A stretch of 64,000 bases of DNA from the human T2T-CHM13v2.0 reference genome, Homo sapiens. Location of the stretch: the NCBI RefSeq assembly GCF_009914755.1, contig NC_060935.1. The stretch is one strand, 5' to 3'. Below the pieces are notes generated by a model, which saw only the letters and a program-made list of their open reading frames with translations, was not told the origin of the DNA and ran no database searches. A program made the translations under genes and the position numbers. Shown here in pieces: positions 45,410-59,793 of this stretch (the first letter of the stretch is position 1; every line of letters starts with the position of its first letter).

Positions 45410-46900
45410 TCCCTCCCTTTCTCCACTTCCTTCAGGCCCTTCAAGCTTCCCACAAAATCAACATACACGCATGCACATGGATCCTGTGATCTCTCAGAGC
45501 CTCCCAAGCCCCCAGGCTTTCCACTCTCCTGCTACCTTCCGCCACCAGTTTTGACCCATTAGGATTGACATCATGCAAATTGAGGCCCATCTTTTGGTGG
45601 CCCCAGGGACAGTACAATGTCACCAAAACATGGGCTGTACAGCCTTAGACACACATGCAGGGGTAACATACCTGCAATGTCATCTTCAGCTGCAAGGTTC
45701 CAAGTCTCAGCCACCACCCAGGCCCACCCAGGCAGGCTAGGCCGTGATAAAAGTTATTTCTGGATTGCGTCCATTATCAGGAGCAGGAGTGACAGACGAG
45801 CTCAGCTGGAGCCCTTTCTTCTGGGATCCTCACTGGTAACACACCCTGTCGGGCCCACCATGTGCCGCTGGGTTTGGAGATACTTGGACCCCAGCTGCCT
45901 GCCGATGGTTCTGCTAGCCCAAAACTTTGTTCACCGTCCCACCTCATGTGGGAAAAGGCTGGTGGCTGGTGGGGACACTCTGGCCCCTGATGGTTGGGGA
46001 GGAGTTGGTCTAAATCCACTCCTCCCAGCCTCACCTTCGCCCTCCACCACCCACCTGGGTCCCTCCAGAAAACTTTGCAAGGTCTGACTTTCTGCCTGGG
46101 CCTCAGCAGTCCTCTCAACTGTTCCAGCCCCCTCCTGGATCCACTATACAAATACAGGCTCACTGCCAAGAAGTGAGAACAATAAATCTTCCCTCATTCT
46201 TTTATTCATGTCCTCACCTCTGCAGGGAGTGCTGAGGAAAAACAAACCCCACAAAATCCCTGTGGGCTCTGGCAGTCTGGCAGTCTCTTCTTTGCTCCTC
46301 TCTGATGATCTTTGGAAGGCAGAGGCCAGGAGAAGAAGCCCATCCAGCTCCCGTACGGGCGGCAGGCCCTTCTCTTCCTCCTCCTGAGTGGGCTCAACCA
46401 CTCGAAGCCAGCACCTATAACATGCTGAGCCCGCACCGGGCTCTAGGAACCAGAAATCAGAGTGACCAGGGGAAACTGGGACATCGATATGCATGGCTTG
46501 CCGGAGTAACACTACACCTGACTCACCTTCCTAGCCTCCCGCAAATTGCCAGAGAAGTTCTGGGCCTAGGAGGGCCAGGCTGTTTGCGCAAAACATTAGG
46601 TAAGGTGAGGGAGGGCTGCCCTGGCTGCAGGCTCAGAAGCTACCACAGGGAAGTGGCAACCAGGGAAGCTGCAGGCCCTGAGGAAGGAGGGGCTCTCTCC
46701 TTAAGGGCCTCCAGGGCAAGGCAGCATCTGCTGGTGTCACAGCCTTTGCAAAACAGTTCAGACCTTGAGAATTCCCAGGACCTTCCTCCTCCAACTCTGT
46801 GCACCAGGGAGTGCTTCCTCAAACTGAGGAAGGATAGTAGGATTCGGGGATGCACTGAATTTTGCAGAACTCCATTTATACAGAAGAGATGCATTAGACT

Positions 46901-47013
46901 TAGGGTGAGCCACTGTCCTAGTTTGTCCAGGACTGAAAAGTTTCCCAGGACATAAGCTTTTCAGTGCTAAAACCAGGACAGTCCTGGGCCAACTTGGAAG
47001 ATGGGTCACCCTA
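46901..47013. mobile_element. MER81 (hAT-Blackjack MITE)
   Basis: TIRs tagggtga / tcacccta; internal ttcagtgctaaaacc; ~113 bp. Confidence 0.75.
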
Positions 47014-49446
47014 ACAGAGGGGCTGTGGGAAAACCGATCCTCCCTCCCTGAGCCTGGCATGTGGCTGGGTCCAGAGCAGGGTTTGGATCCCAGATGTTTT
47101 CTAGCGGTTCTGCTAACCCACAACTTTCCTCACTATTCTAGGCATGAAGAAAGGCTGGAGGAAGGAGTGGGTCCTCATGGCCAGCTTAGGAGCTGTCAAG
47201 GAAAACAGAAAGAAGGAAAGCGTTCACGGTCTTCGTGGTAGAGAGGAAATTCCTTTGGCTGCCTTTGCGGAGCTGGGGCCCATGAGGCTTCAGACAGAGC
47301 CTGGGGTATCAGAAAGTGAGCTGGAGAGCACCTAAAAAACTGCCAGATTGAGGGGCTCAACCTTTCCTTGAATCCTTGCCCAGGGTACAAATGCTAGGTA
47401 CAGCAACATGGCGAAAGCTGCCTTCCAAGTCTTTTGCCCAGTTTCTATTGCTCCCATGGACCCAGAGGGCTCCCAGGGACGGCAGCCTTGCAGTGCTGTG
47501 AAGCTATAGCAAGCTGACTTCTGTAGATCTGTCCCAGGGAACAGGCTGCTCCTAAAGGTTATCCAAACTGGAAGTGGTGGGCAGACATCTCAAGAGGCAA
47601 AAGAAGTTTGAGTTAAAGCTGGTCTAACAAGGCAGATCCCGTGGAGACCATCTTGCCCAGACTTCTAAGTTGACAGATGAGAGACCAAAATCCAGGGAGA
47701 CTGAGTCACCTGCTCGAGCAGCACATTCCCACGTGGGATGTGATGGGACTCTGCATCTAGAACCATTGTTTCCTACTATCAGATGTCACAGCCAGAGGTT
47801 CCTTGGAAGGGAGAAAGCTCCGAGATGATGCCAGCCTTTTGCAAGTCTCTGCCTTCCTGGAGCCCACGTGCTGTTCTGGGAGAGGCTAAGTAGCAAGGAC
47901 TCTGTGCCTCTGCAGCCAGGATTTCTCTCTCCATTCTGTTTGATTCCCCAGCTTGGTTCCCTCCAGCACCACCTCCAGGTGAAAGCCTCCACAGATCCCC
48001 CTGGAGTGCTCCACCCTGGGGAGACTCCGAGCAGGCAGGCCTGCTTGGCCTCTCTCTTTCCCAGCCTTGAATGTATGAGAGAGACCAGCCTCAGCCCTCA
48101 GGAGTAGGAAGCTGCTGCCTACCTACTTCCTTATGAACCTGCCTAGAGGTGGAGGGATTTAACACACAGTTGAAAAAGTCATTAACAACACCTGGCTCTG
48201 ATTAGTTTAGTAGGAAACAGAGTCCTGAGGGTGCGGCACACCCTGAGTGTTCACTGCAGCATGTCTGCTAGGGAGGTATAGATGGGGCTCAGGCCCAGGA
48301 TGCTGGACTGGAAAGTGGGGGCAGGTGAAGGTAGGTTTTCCTTTGAGTAGCTGTGGAGCAGCAAGAGGGTCCTGAGAGCATGGCCAGGAGACGGCAGAGT
48401 AGAGAGGAGAGAAGAAGCATCAGAGGGACTTGGGAAAACATCTGACAGCTACCAAACCAGTTCTAAGCATTTATAGCATTTCCAGTTTTGTCCTATTGTG
48501 GGTGAGCCAAGCACCTCCAAAAAGAAAATATAAGAAAGAGCCTGAGAAATGTTCCTGAGGAATGGCAGGGCCGCCCCTTGTTCCCAGAAACCCTTTTAGG
48601 AAAAGCACGACTCCACAGAAGGTGTCAGGAGGGGAGAACCTGAATCTGATGCTAGAGGGATGCTGAACCCTCTAGCATCCTTGAGACCCCACAAGCACAC
48701 AGAAGAAGAGGGAAGGGATCTGCACCCATCATGGCAGCCAGGAATGACCCTCTTGGAACATCTCAGGAGGCTCGAAAGCTCTGCCCAAGCAGGTGGGATG
48801 CTGAATCCTACCGGAGGAAGGCAGAGGTTTCCCACATACAGAATTACTCTGACTTCTGTAACAACAGGCTCTTGGAACTCCCTGAGCAATTACTACCTCC
48901 CCACTCAGCTCTCTGCCTGGCTGGCTACTAGTAATTTATTGCAAATAAGTCTCATTTCTCCAATAAGACAGTCGGCTTTTCTACCTCCGAATTCCCTACA
49001 GAGCTTAAGATAGCTGGGAACCCAGCTGGTCCTCATTAAGGCCCTTCTGAACCCGAATCTTCCCAACCTTCCTGGCCCCACCTCCACCCCTTCATTCCAG
49101 GAGCAGGCTCAGGGGAACGGAGCTGGCCAGGCCACTCGCTTCCCTTCCCTTTCCAAAGAGCTGGACTGGCAGATGCTAATAAGGAAAGTGAGAGATTCTG
49201 CATCTGCAGATCTGACTGGTAGCCTGGCCAAAGAGAACAAGAACTTCTGTATAGGTAAGCAAGGAATCTTTATTAGCAAATTCTCTAATTAGGGTACCCT
49301 TTATAGCTCTCCTATAGGAGATATTCATTTGTAAGTTTTAGTCAAGACCGTGAATCTCAGGGAGAACTGAAAATTTCTAAGAATATTGTTGAGAAGGGTC
49401 TTTGGCAGGAGCCTCTTAAATTCCTGGGTTTTGGTTCCTTCATCTA

Positions 49447-49843
<397 letters not shown>

Positions 49844-50774
49844 CTATTCTTCTGTGCAATACTGGACCATCTCATTCATTCATGTGCATGACAGTAATGT
49901 GGATTTAGAGTAAAAAGACCCACGGTTGACATCCTGGCTCTAGTGCTTACCAGCTGGGTGGTCTTGGGGGAGTCACTTAATCTCTCTGAATTAATTTTCT
50001 TATCTGGAAAATGAGGACAATAATAATAACATCTGCACCACATAGATTTGTGAGCTCCCACATATGGGCATGTTTTCTAAACTGTAAAACACTATTCAAA
50101 TGTTACTGAGTATTGAAAGACCTTGATGGCTGTAATTTTTTTAAACTTCCCTTTAAATATGCAAATGATTATGATTGACATCAGAAACACAAAAAAGATC
50201 ACAGCTGCTGGATTTGCTGTTAACTTATCCCTGCCCAGGGGGATCTACTACCCCATCAGTGCCTCCTGAGGCAGGGACTTAAGGGAGCTGGGCAGTAAAT
50301 GTTGATCCCAGGGTAGAGGCTGAAGGTCTGACCTCCAGGGACACAGGGCGAGGCTATTTTGCCATTCAGCAGAACTTCTCCCACGTTGCTTCTACAGTTT
50401 GACAGCAGACTCCCAGCAACTACTTCCCTGGTTAATAAACTGGCAGTAAATTGAAACCTTCATTTTCTAGTGCACTTCATGTAAAGGGAGCAGACCCTCT
50501 AGAAATGAGTAATCATTTGTACAACTCCTCAAAAAATATGCTGATAAACTCACAAAGTTCTGTTATTGCTAAACACTAGTTGCATTTCCTTGGGTAAGCA
50601 CCATAAAAAATTCACTGCAGTTTTTAGAAAGAAGATGCCAGTCACATTTTAACTGCTAGAGAGGAGAGAGTTGGGGAGAGGCTTACCCAAGGAAATGCTA
50701 ACTGGGCATAAAACTCAAAAAGAGAGGCCAAGTCAAAGGCCCAGTTCCAAAACAAGAGCTAAGAAGGAGAGATG

Positions 50775-51176
<402 letters not shown>

Positions 51177-51197
51177 TCAGAGCACCTGGATGGCTAA

Positions 51198-51520
<323 letters not shown>

Positions 51521-51555
51521 AACATATAGATTTAACAAATTTAAAGAATTAAACA

Positions 51556-51720
51556 AACCCCATTTCTACAAAAGATACAAAAGAAGAATTAGCCGTGTGT
51601 GGTGGCATGCACCTGTAGTCCCAGCTACCAGAGAGGTTGAGGTGGCAGGCACTGAGCCCACAACATCGAGGCTGCAGTGAGCAGAGATGGTGCCACTGCA
51701 CTCCAGCCTGGGCAAAACAA
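51556..51720 (+). mobile_element. Alu right-arm fragment (AluJ/FRAM-like)
   Basis: ccccatttctacaaaa..gaggctgcagtgagc..ccagcctgggc. Confidence 0.75.
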
Positions 51721-51892
51721 ATAAGCACAAACCAAAATTCTCAAGTAGATGAACAGGAGTCAGCACCAAAGCTTCAATATGTATAGAAGATAGAAGGAAA
51801 ATTGTAATTCTACCCTGTAATATGTGTTTGTGTCTGTCTGTCTGTCTGTCTGTCTTTGTGCGAGTGAGAGAGAGGAGACAGAGAAAACCGGA

Positions 51893-52602
51893 CCAAGACC
51901 ATATATCACTTTAATAACAGAACTCCTTGGACCAGTTCACAGAACTGTCATTTAAAACCAATGTCCTAGACCAACTCCAACCTTCTTGTTTTCCAGTGTA
52001 CCCACCCCACACAGGGCCAGCCACAGCCAGGTGAGAACAGGAAGGGGAGTGGAGAGGGAGAGTGGAGAGGGTCCTGACTCCCATAGGCTTCATCTGGGCT
52101 GGCCCAGCCTTGACCCCATCTGCCCAGGAGCCTCTCAGCCATGGAGTCCTCTAGGGAGGCACTTAGCCCACCTAGAGCACAGGAAAAAGGTGGGACGGGG
52201 GGCACCTCCCAGCACCCTCCCAAAAGACTCACACAGGGGCAGGGAGGGGAGAGGGCAGAAGGGCAGGCTTCCTGCTGCTTCTAGCAGCCTCTTCATCTCC
52301 AGCTCCTACCTCTCTCCTCCCCCTCATCCCTCAGCAACCACAGCATGCCCAACCAAGTCCCAGCCTCTCTTCTGTCATTGAGTCTCTAGTGAGAAAGAGG
52401 ACTCTGAAATCAGGGCCCAAGAGGAGAGACCTGTTGGCTGGGTGGCTGGCCAGTGGGTAGTGACTATTCCTCACACACAGTAGTAGGAGGTCCATGCGTT
52501 CTGTGTCGGAGGCTACTGCCTCTCCTCCATTAGTGGAGCTGCTGGAGGCCCCAGGAAGCATGAGGCAGTGGTGTGCAGTGAGACTGGAGGAAACAGCAGG
52601 AC
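51893..52602 (-). other. TMPRSS5: TMPRSS5 3'UTR (~710 nt; 3' end approximate)
   Basis: Between the TGA stop and an ATTAAA signal. Confidence 0.75.
51910..51915 (-). terminator. TMPRSS5 polyadenylation signal ATTAAA
   Basis: tttaat on + strand; followed on the minus strand by a U/GU-rich downstream element (GGTCTTGGTCCGGTTTTCTCTGTCT). Confidence 0.7.
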
Positions 52603-52617
52603 TCAGAGGAGGGAGTC
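52603..52617 (-). CDS. TMPRSS5: TMPRSS5 exon 13 coding part: DSLL-stop
   Basis: Acceptor TTTTGGTCTAG|GAC TCC CTC CTC TGA; phase 0 matches the exon 12 donor; completes the known C-terminus. Confidence 0.9.
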   Translation of the reverse strand, partial: DSLL

Positions 52618-52904
52618 CTAGACCAAAAGGGAAAGGAACTGATTCACAGCATGGCTCTACACTAGCCAAGCGACTTTTATTTTAGTAAATCACTTAACCA
52701 TGCAGGGCCTTGATTTTCACTTCTATCAAATGAGGCTAAAAATATCTGCTGCTCAAGATTTTTTGTAAGATTTCTTTGAGAAGATCAATACATACATTCC
52801 CTGTAAACTCCGAATGTATTATCTACCAACCCCCACCCCTGCCCAACCTTAGAGGAAGATGCTTTTCATGATCATGCCCTAAATTTGTAAAATACTTTAG
52901 GTAA

Positions 52905-53203
<299 letters not shown>

Positions 53204-53315
53204 AGTAATGTGTTTTTATACACATTATCTCACTTGGCCTTCCCATTGAACAGATGAAGGAGAGTGGCTTGCCCGGAGTCACACAATTTACGTAGGTGCA
53301 GAACCCGAACTGCTA

Positions 53316-53728
<413 letters not shown>

Positions 53729-54107
53729 TCACTCTAAGCCTAGCACTGTGCTAGGCATTGTACGGGTCTTATTTAATAGCATATAACAATAGCATATAAG
53801 TAGCCATCATGGTTATTATCAGGAAATTAAGGTTTAACAAAGTTAGAAATTTGCCAAAGGTCGACACAGGAAATGGTAGATCTGGGATACAAACTCAGGC
53901 ATACTCTTACCCAGTTCATCCTTAAACTGATAGAAATCCAATGGATTCCATGTTTAAGCTTCACTTCTTCCTCCACTCACTCTGGGGAATATGTCCTAGC
54001 ACCCTCCCCAGTCCCCAGCAGGGCCCGGGCCTAAGGGGTAAGGTTCCTTGCATTCGAGGGCAGGTCCTTTAGAAATCTCCCTGCCCTACTCCTGCCCCCA
54101 CACTCAC

Positions 54108-54260
54108 CTGAGCAGTGTCATGGATCCAGTCCAGAAACTCAGCTACCTTGGCGTAGACACCTGGGTGATTGGGCTCTGCGCAGCCACGCCCCCAGCTGAC
54201 CACCCCCACTAGGCGCCATGTGTCCCCATCTGGGCACACTAGGGGGCCCCCGCTATCTCC
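54108..54260 (-). CDS. TMPRSS5: TMPRSS5 exon 12 (153 bp): catalytic Ser, GDSGGPLVC...[33 protein letters not shown]
   Basis: GDSGGP motif read manually on the minus strand; acceptor CCCTTAG|GGA; donor CAG|GTGAGT. Confidence 0.97.
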
Positions 54261-54573
54261 CTAAGGGATCCAGGCATGGAGACACAGAGAAACAGCCAGT
54301 TAGTTCTTCCTGATGGAGAGCACCAGACCACTATGGCAAGTGGAATCTCCTTACTGGGCCCCGCCTGCTTCTAGCTGAGATATCTGCTGGCCTCACCCCT
54401 CCTTAAACCCTTAGCATGAGCTCCAGACTTGCCTAGGTGCCCCTCCTTCTAGAGAGGCTGTCTCACACCACTGACAAGCTCAGACCAGGGCAGGGGGCCA
54501 AGTCACAGCAGGCCCCCTGCCCTCCCACCCCCACCTCCACTCCCACCCTCACCCCAGCCACCACAGGCCACAC

Positions 54574-54716
54574 CTGGCATGCATCAGCCCTTCCGTCCAG
54601 GTAGCCAGCGCAAAGCATGCGGGGGGTGAGGGCTCCGCTGTACACGCAAGAGCTGTTGCAGAGCTGAGTGCTGAGCAGGGGCACCACCGTGTCCTGGAGC
54701 ATATCCGAGCTGTAAG
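54574..54716 (-). CDS. TMPRSS5: TMPRSS5 exon 11 (143 bp): YSSDMLQDTVVPLLSTQLCNSSCVYSGALTPRMLCAGYLDGRADACQ
   Basis: MLCAG...DACQ (S1-pocket Asp, trypsin-like specificity); acceptor CTCATAG|CT; donor CAG|GTGTGG. Confidence 0.97.
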
Positions 54717-55182
54717 CTATGAGAGACACCGAGAAAAACTGCAGGGCACAAAGCAAGGCCCAGGCAGGCAGAGCAGCAAGAGGGGAGGTAATTCGAAGTC
54801 CCAGAGACAGGGAGACCCAAAGAGGCGAGCCCAGGGTGGGAGCTGTGGACGCTGAGCAAGGAAGCAGTAGGCTATCGGACTTGGGGGCTGGGAGTGGGAA
54901 GAGCAGGAGGACTCACACATACACCAAATGTGAGACCATGGCGCTCCTGGGACAAGGGGAGGGGGAGTAAAAGGGTCTGGGTTTAGGGAAAACTTGCAGT
55001 AGATGTTCTCCCCAGAAAGGCCCAAGCAGGGGAGACTGGAGCCCCTAGGCCTGACCAAGGGTGATGCCAGGGAAAAACAGGGCTGGCACTGTCATGTGGC
55101 CAGGGATGTGGCCTTGCCTCACCCTGGGGAAGAATGCCTCCCACACCCGCCCCTGCACCGAGGGCCCAGGGAGCTGACTCAC

Positions 55183-55281
55183 TATGGCTAGGGTGGGTGT
55201 GGCCCCAGCCAGACACCCAGCACCGCGAGCCCTTCGGAAAATGCTGTTCCTTGGCCGGCAGGCACACAGCGCCCACAGTGT
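55183..55281 (-). CDS. TMPRSS5: TMPRSS5 exon 10 (99 bp): DTVGAVCLPAKEQHFPKGSRCWVSGWGHTHPSH
   Basis: Trypsin-fold motifs VCLP and CWVSGWG; acceptor CTACAG|AC; donor CATA|GTGAGT. Confidence 0.97.
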
Positions 55282-55615
55282 CTGTAGAGAGGCACATGGT
55301 CCTGGTCCCCAGTCAGGCTTGGCTTCCCCCACTGCAGAGCCTGGGCGAAGGACCCAGGACTGGCAAGTCCTCCTCAGCCCCCTTCTCAAACAGTCCTGGC
55401 TCCTGGGTTCCACCAGCCAGGCCTCCTAGATGGCTATGCAAGTGGGGCACTGTCCCATCTTTGGGGTCCCCTGTCACAGAGGACAGCATGCAAACTGCAG
55501 TGTGCATGGCGCCCTCTATGGGTGGACAGGACCCATGCTGCCCCCTCCCCACACCTGGGGATGGAGTGGGGGTGAAAATTCTTTCAGGCCATGGGCACCC
55601 AACTTCTAATGAGGA

Positions 55616-56621
<1,006 letters not shown>

Positions 56622-56659
56622 AAGGCTACAGGTAATGACGGGAGGAAGGAGTGTTAAGT

Positions 56660-56848
56660 ATATGTGAACGTATATGTGTGTGTACAGTGTGCATGTTTGT
56701 GTGTGTGGTGTGTGTGCGCAAGTGTGTTCATGTGAGCACGTACATGTGAGCATGTGTGAATGCTCACGTGTGAGTCTATGTGCACATGACTGTGTGAGTG
56801 CATGTGTGTGTGTGTTTGTAGGTGAATGCCCACATGCACGTGTGTGTC
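56660..56848. repeat. Degenerate (TG)n tract (~190 bp)
   Basis: Largely continuous purine-pyrimidine alternation. Confidence 0.85.
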
Positions 56849-57420
56849 GGGGAGAGTGGCTGCTGGTATAGCTCCAGCCTGGGCTCACGGGCAGGTGCAG
56901 CAGCAGGAGGAGCCCTGGCATCAGGCTTAGGAACTGTTTGCCACATGACCTTGAAGAGAGTTGCTTCCCTCCCTGCACTGCAGTGCTCTTGTCTGTATCT
57001 ACCTGTTTCAACTATCTATCAGGGTTGTTACGAGGACTGAAAGAGAAGATATTTGAAAAAATGTATCTCATAAACTGTAACATGGCACCAAATGGCTAGG
57101 ACCCGAGGCTAGCCTGGGGACAGGGGTGGAGCAGCCTATTGGTGGATGGGGCAGCTGCTTCAGACCTCAAGGCAAAGCCCACCTGCCCCCTAGCCATGAA
57201 ATGGGTCTGAACCTCTTTTCCCAAAAGAGCCTGTACAAGAGTTGATAACAATTTCAGAACCAGATGATGCCAAAATTCACTAGTCCCAAAATAAATAGAA
57301 TGTTTTAAGGTTTACAGTGTTCAGAGGAAACTTCAGAAATCAGCTCACCACTCTCCCACCCAGCCCCCGCCCTCTCTCGCCATAGTCTCCAGCCTGCCCA
57401 CCCTCAAGCCAGTGCCGCAC

Positions 57421-57599
57421 CTGAGAAGTTGAGAGCGGTCTGGAGCCTCAGGAGGGCGACGTCGTAGTCATGATTCTGGGCACTGTAGAGGGGGTGTGGG
57501 ATAATCCTCTCCACCAGAGCCCCTTGGTGGGGCCTGACGGCACTGTGGCTGACCAGCCCCGCATGAACCCGCCAGCTGGACAGGCGGGCCAGCCTGAAA
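57421..57599 (-). CDS. TMPRSS5: TMPRSS5 exon 9 (179 bp): catalytic Asp (DYDVALLRL)
   Basis: SFRLARLSSWRVHAG...NHDYDVALLRLQTALNFS; acceptor TGTGCAG|T; donor TCAG|GTGCGG. Confidence 0.97.
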
Positions 57600-58335
57600 C
57601 TGCACACAGGGGCCATGCTGAGCGGGGAAGGAAGGGGCAGAAGAGGTGTTCCTAAGCAAGGTAGCAGGTGGAGGAAGCTGGCCAGAGCAGCCATTGGTGG
57701 GGGGGCCGTCAGCAGGCGGTGAGCTCCCAGGCCCCACAGACTATGCCTCTTAGTATCACCCCAGCAGCCGGCAAGACACTGGGCATGCAGTAGGTGCTTA
57801 ATAAATGCTGCAGGACTGATGGATAGAGAAGACTATGGGTCATCTGCAACCACCACTCCCTCTTTCCTGCATAACTTCCCTCCAAGTTTTATAACAAACA
57901 CATAGAGGGCCTTGTGTTGGAAAAACTTCCCCTGGTCCCATCTCTCAACTTACTGTGTGTGATCATGGGAGAGGCACTTCTCCCTCTCAGCCTCGGTAAA
58001 ATGGGGATTACACTCTCTGCCCTGTCCGGCACCAAGAGAAGATCAAAGAGCTCATTCACTCATCATTCATTCATTCCTCCAAGTCATATTTATTAAGCAC
58101 CTACTATATTCCAGGGACTGTTCTAGACCCTGGGGACACAGCAGTGGATAAATCTACAAAGAGATTTAGTGGTAAATAAGACTGAGAGTCCCTGCTCCTG
58201 CAGAGCTTCCCATCTAAAGGGGAAGAAACATATTAACCAAATAATTACATGGAAAATGATTGAACCAAAGATAAGCCTGAAGAAACACAGGATACTGTGA
58301 ATGTGAAAGTATTTTTAACACTTAAAAGCTAATGA

Positions 58336-58612
58336 GGCCAGGCACGGTGGCTCACGCCTGTTATCCCAGCACTTTGGGAGGCTGAGGCAGGCAGATCACC
58401 TGAGGTCAGGAGTTCGAGACCAGCCAGGCCAACATGGCGAAACCCCATCTCTACTAAAAATACAAAAAATTAGCTGAACATAGTGGTGCCCAGCTGAGGC
58501 ACAAGAATCGCTTGAACCCAGGAGGTGAAGGTTGCAGTGAGCCAAGATTGCGCCACTGCACTCCAGCCTGGGCAACAAAGTGAGACTCTGTCTCAAAAAA
58601 AAAAAAAAAAAA
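58336..58612 (+). mobile_element. Alu (AluS, small internal deletion) in TMPRSS5 intron 8
   Basis: Alu consensus; TSD-like aaaagctaatga/aaaactgatga. Confidence 0.92.
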
Positions 58613-58827
58613 CTGATGAATATAAAGAACAAATCTTCATATTATTACTGTTATTTGTGCAGATCTGTTCTTGATACTGAATGAGAGAACTTCACAAACA
58701 CCAGTCTTACCCTTTTGGAGCAAAAAGCTGGAGACAGTTGGACACGAACATTTGATACAGGACATACCAACAGCCGAACAGAAAGGGCAACTGAGGCTCT
58801 CTGTCCTCAGCAGCCACAGAGACTTGC

Positions 58828-58990
58828 CTGTGCATACAATGTGCAGCAGTCACCACCCAGCGTGGCGCTAGCACAGAGCCCCCACACGTGTGCCGGAAGC
58901 CCAGGGCCACGCTGGCCTGCCACGGCCAGCGCCCAGGAGCCACAGACTGACCACCAACTATCCGGGAAGCCAGGGGCCTCGCTCCACACT
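58828..58990 (-). CDS. TMPRSS5: TMPRSS5 exon 8 (163 bp): activation site R|IVGG and catalytic His (TAAHC)
   Basis: [28 protein letters not shown]...VTAAHCMH; acceptor TTGGCAG|AG; non-canonical donor CACAG|GCAAGT. Confidence 0.97.
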
Positions 58991-59749
58991 CTGCCAACAG
59001 AGATGGGTGAGATAGAAAGAGAGAGAGAGGTGAGTGTCAGCATGGTCCTAACTCTCAGGAAGCGTGGCCCAGTGCTAAGCCCCAGAGAGCCAGTGTGGAC
59101 AGCTCTCCTTTCTTATTCCTGGTCCTAAGTATGGGGGATGGGAAGGTAGAAGTGTTGATTTCACCCCTGCCTGCCCCATCCAGCTGTGGGCCCACTGAAA
59201 GCAGAAACTGTATCTGCACTAATGGAGCCCTAGTACCTAACAGAATGCCTGTCCTGTAGTAAAGGTCGAAGTGTTGGTGTGTGGAAGGATGTGTGAATGG
59301 ACAGATGAAGAGACGGGTAGATGAACGGGAAGACCAATGAAAGGAACTCCACAGATTGCTTCCCGTTTGGTACCTGATTCACCACCTGCCCTTAGTTTCC
59401 TGAAGCTGCTAACAGGTCACTCAATAGCCAATAATAATTTCACCTCTGGGGCTTTCCAGAAGAAAGATGGAGTTGGTGTCAGAGGCCAAGGAAGAGAGTG
59501 GCAGGTAGTGAAGGAAGGAGATCATCAGCCCAGATCTGTGGCTGGTGAGGGACATGATGGAGGCTTAGAAAGGGTTCGGCTGGGGCAGAACAGCAACTGC
59601 AAGAAGGGGCCTGGCAGGCAGATGGGCAGGTGGGCAAGACCCCTACCCCAGGCCCAGCAGAGTCTCACCATAGGGCTCTTCCACACTTGAGGCAGGGGGA
59701 ACACCCCTTCCTCTCACCGCCACCTCCCCTAGACCAAGATATGACTCAC

Positions 59750-59793
59750 CAGAGCATCTGAGGGAAACAACTTGACCAGAAGTGCAGTTGTTC
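59750..59793 (-). CDS. TMPRSS5: TMPRSS5 exon 7 (44 bp): NNCTSGQVVSLRCS
   Basis: Acceptor TTTTGCAG|G; donor TCTG|GTGAGT; seen within ORF 59643..59852. Confidence 0.95.

Noticed and set aside
46305-46955. 216-aa ORF on +
   Set aside because: No recognisable domain, runs into a MER81, and its composition is typical of chance ORFs in GC-rich DNA.
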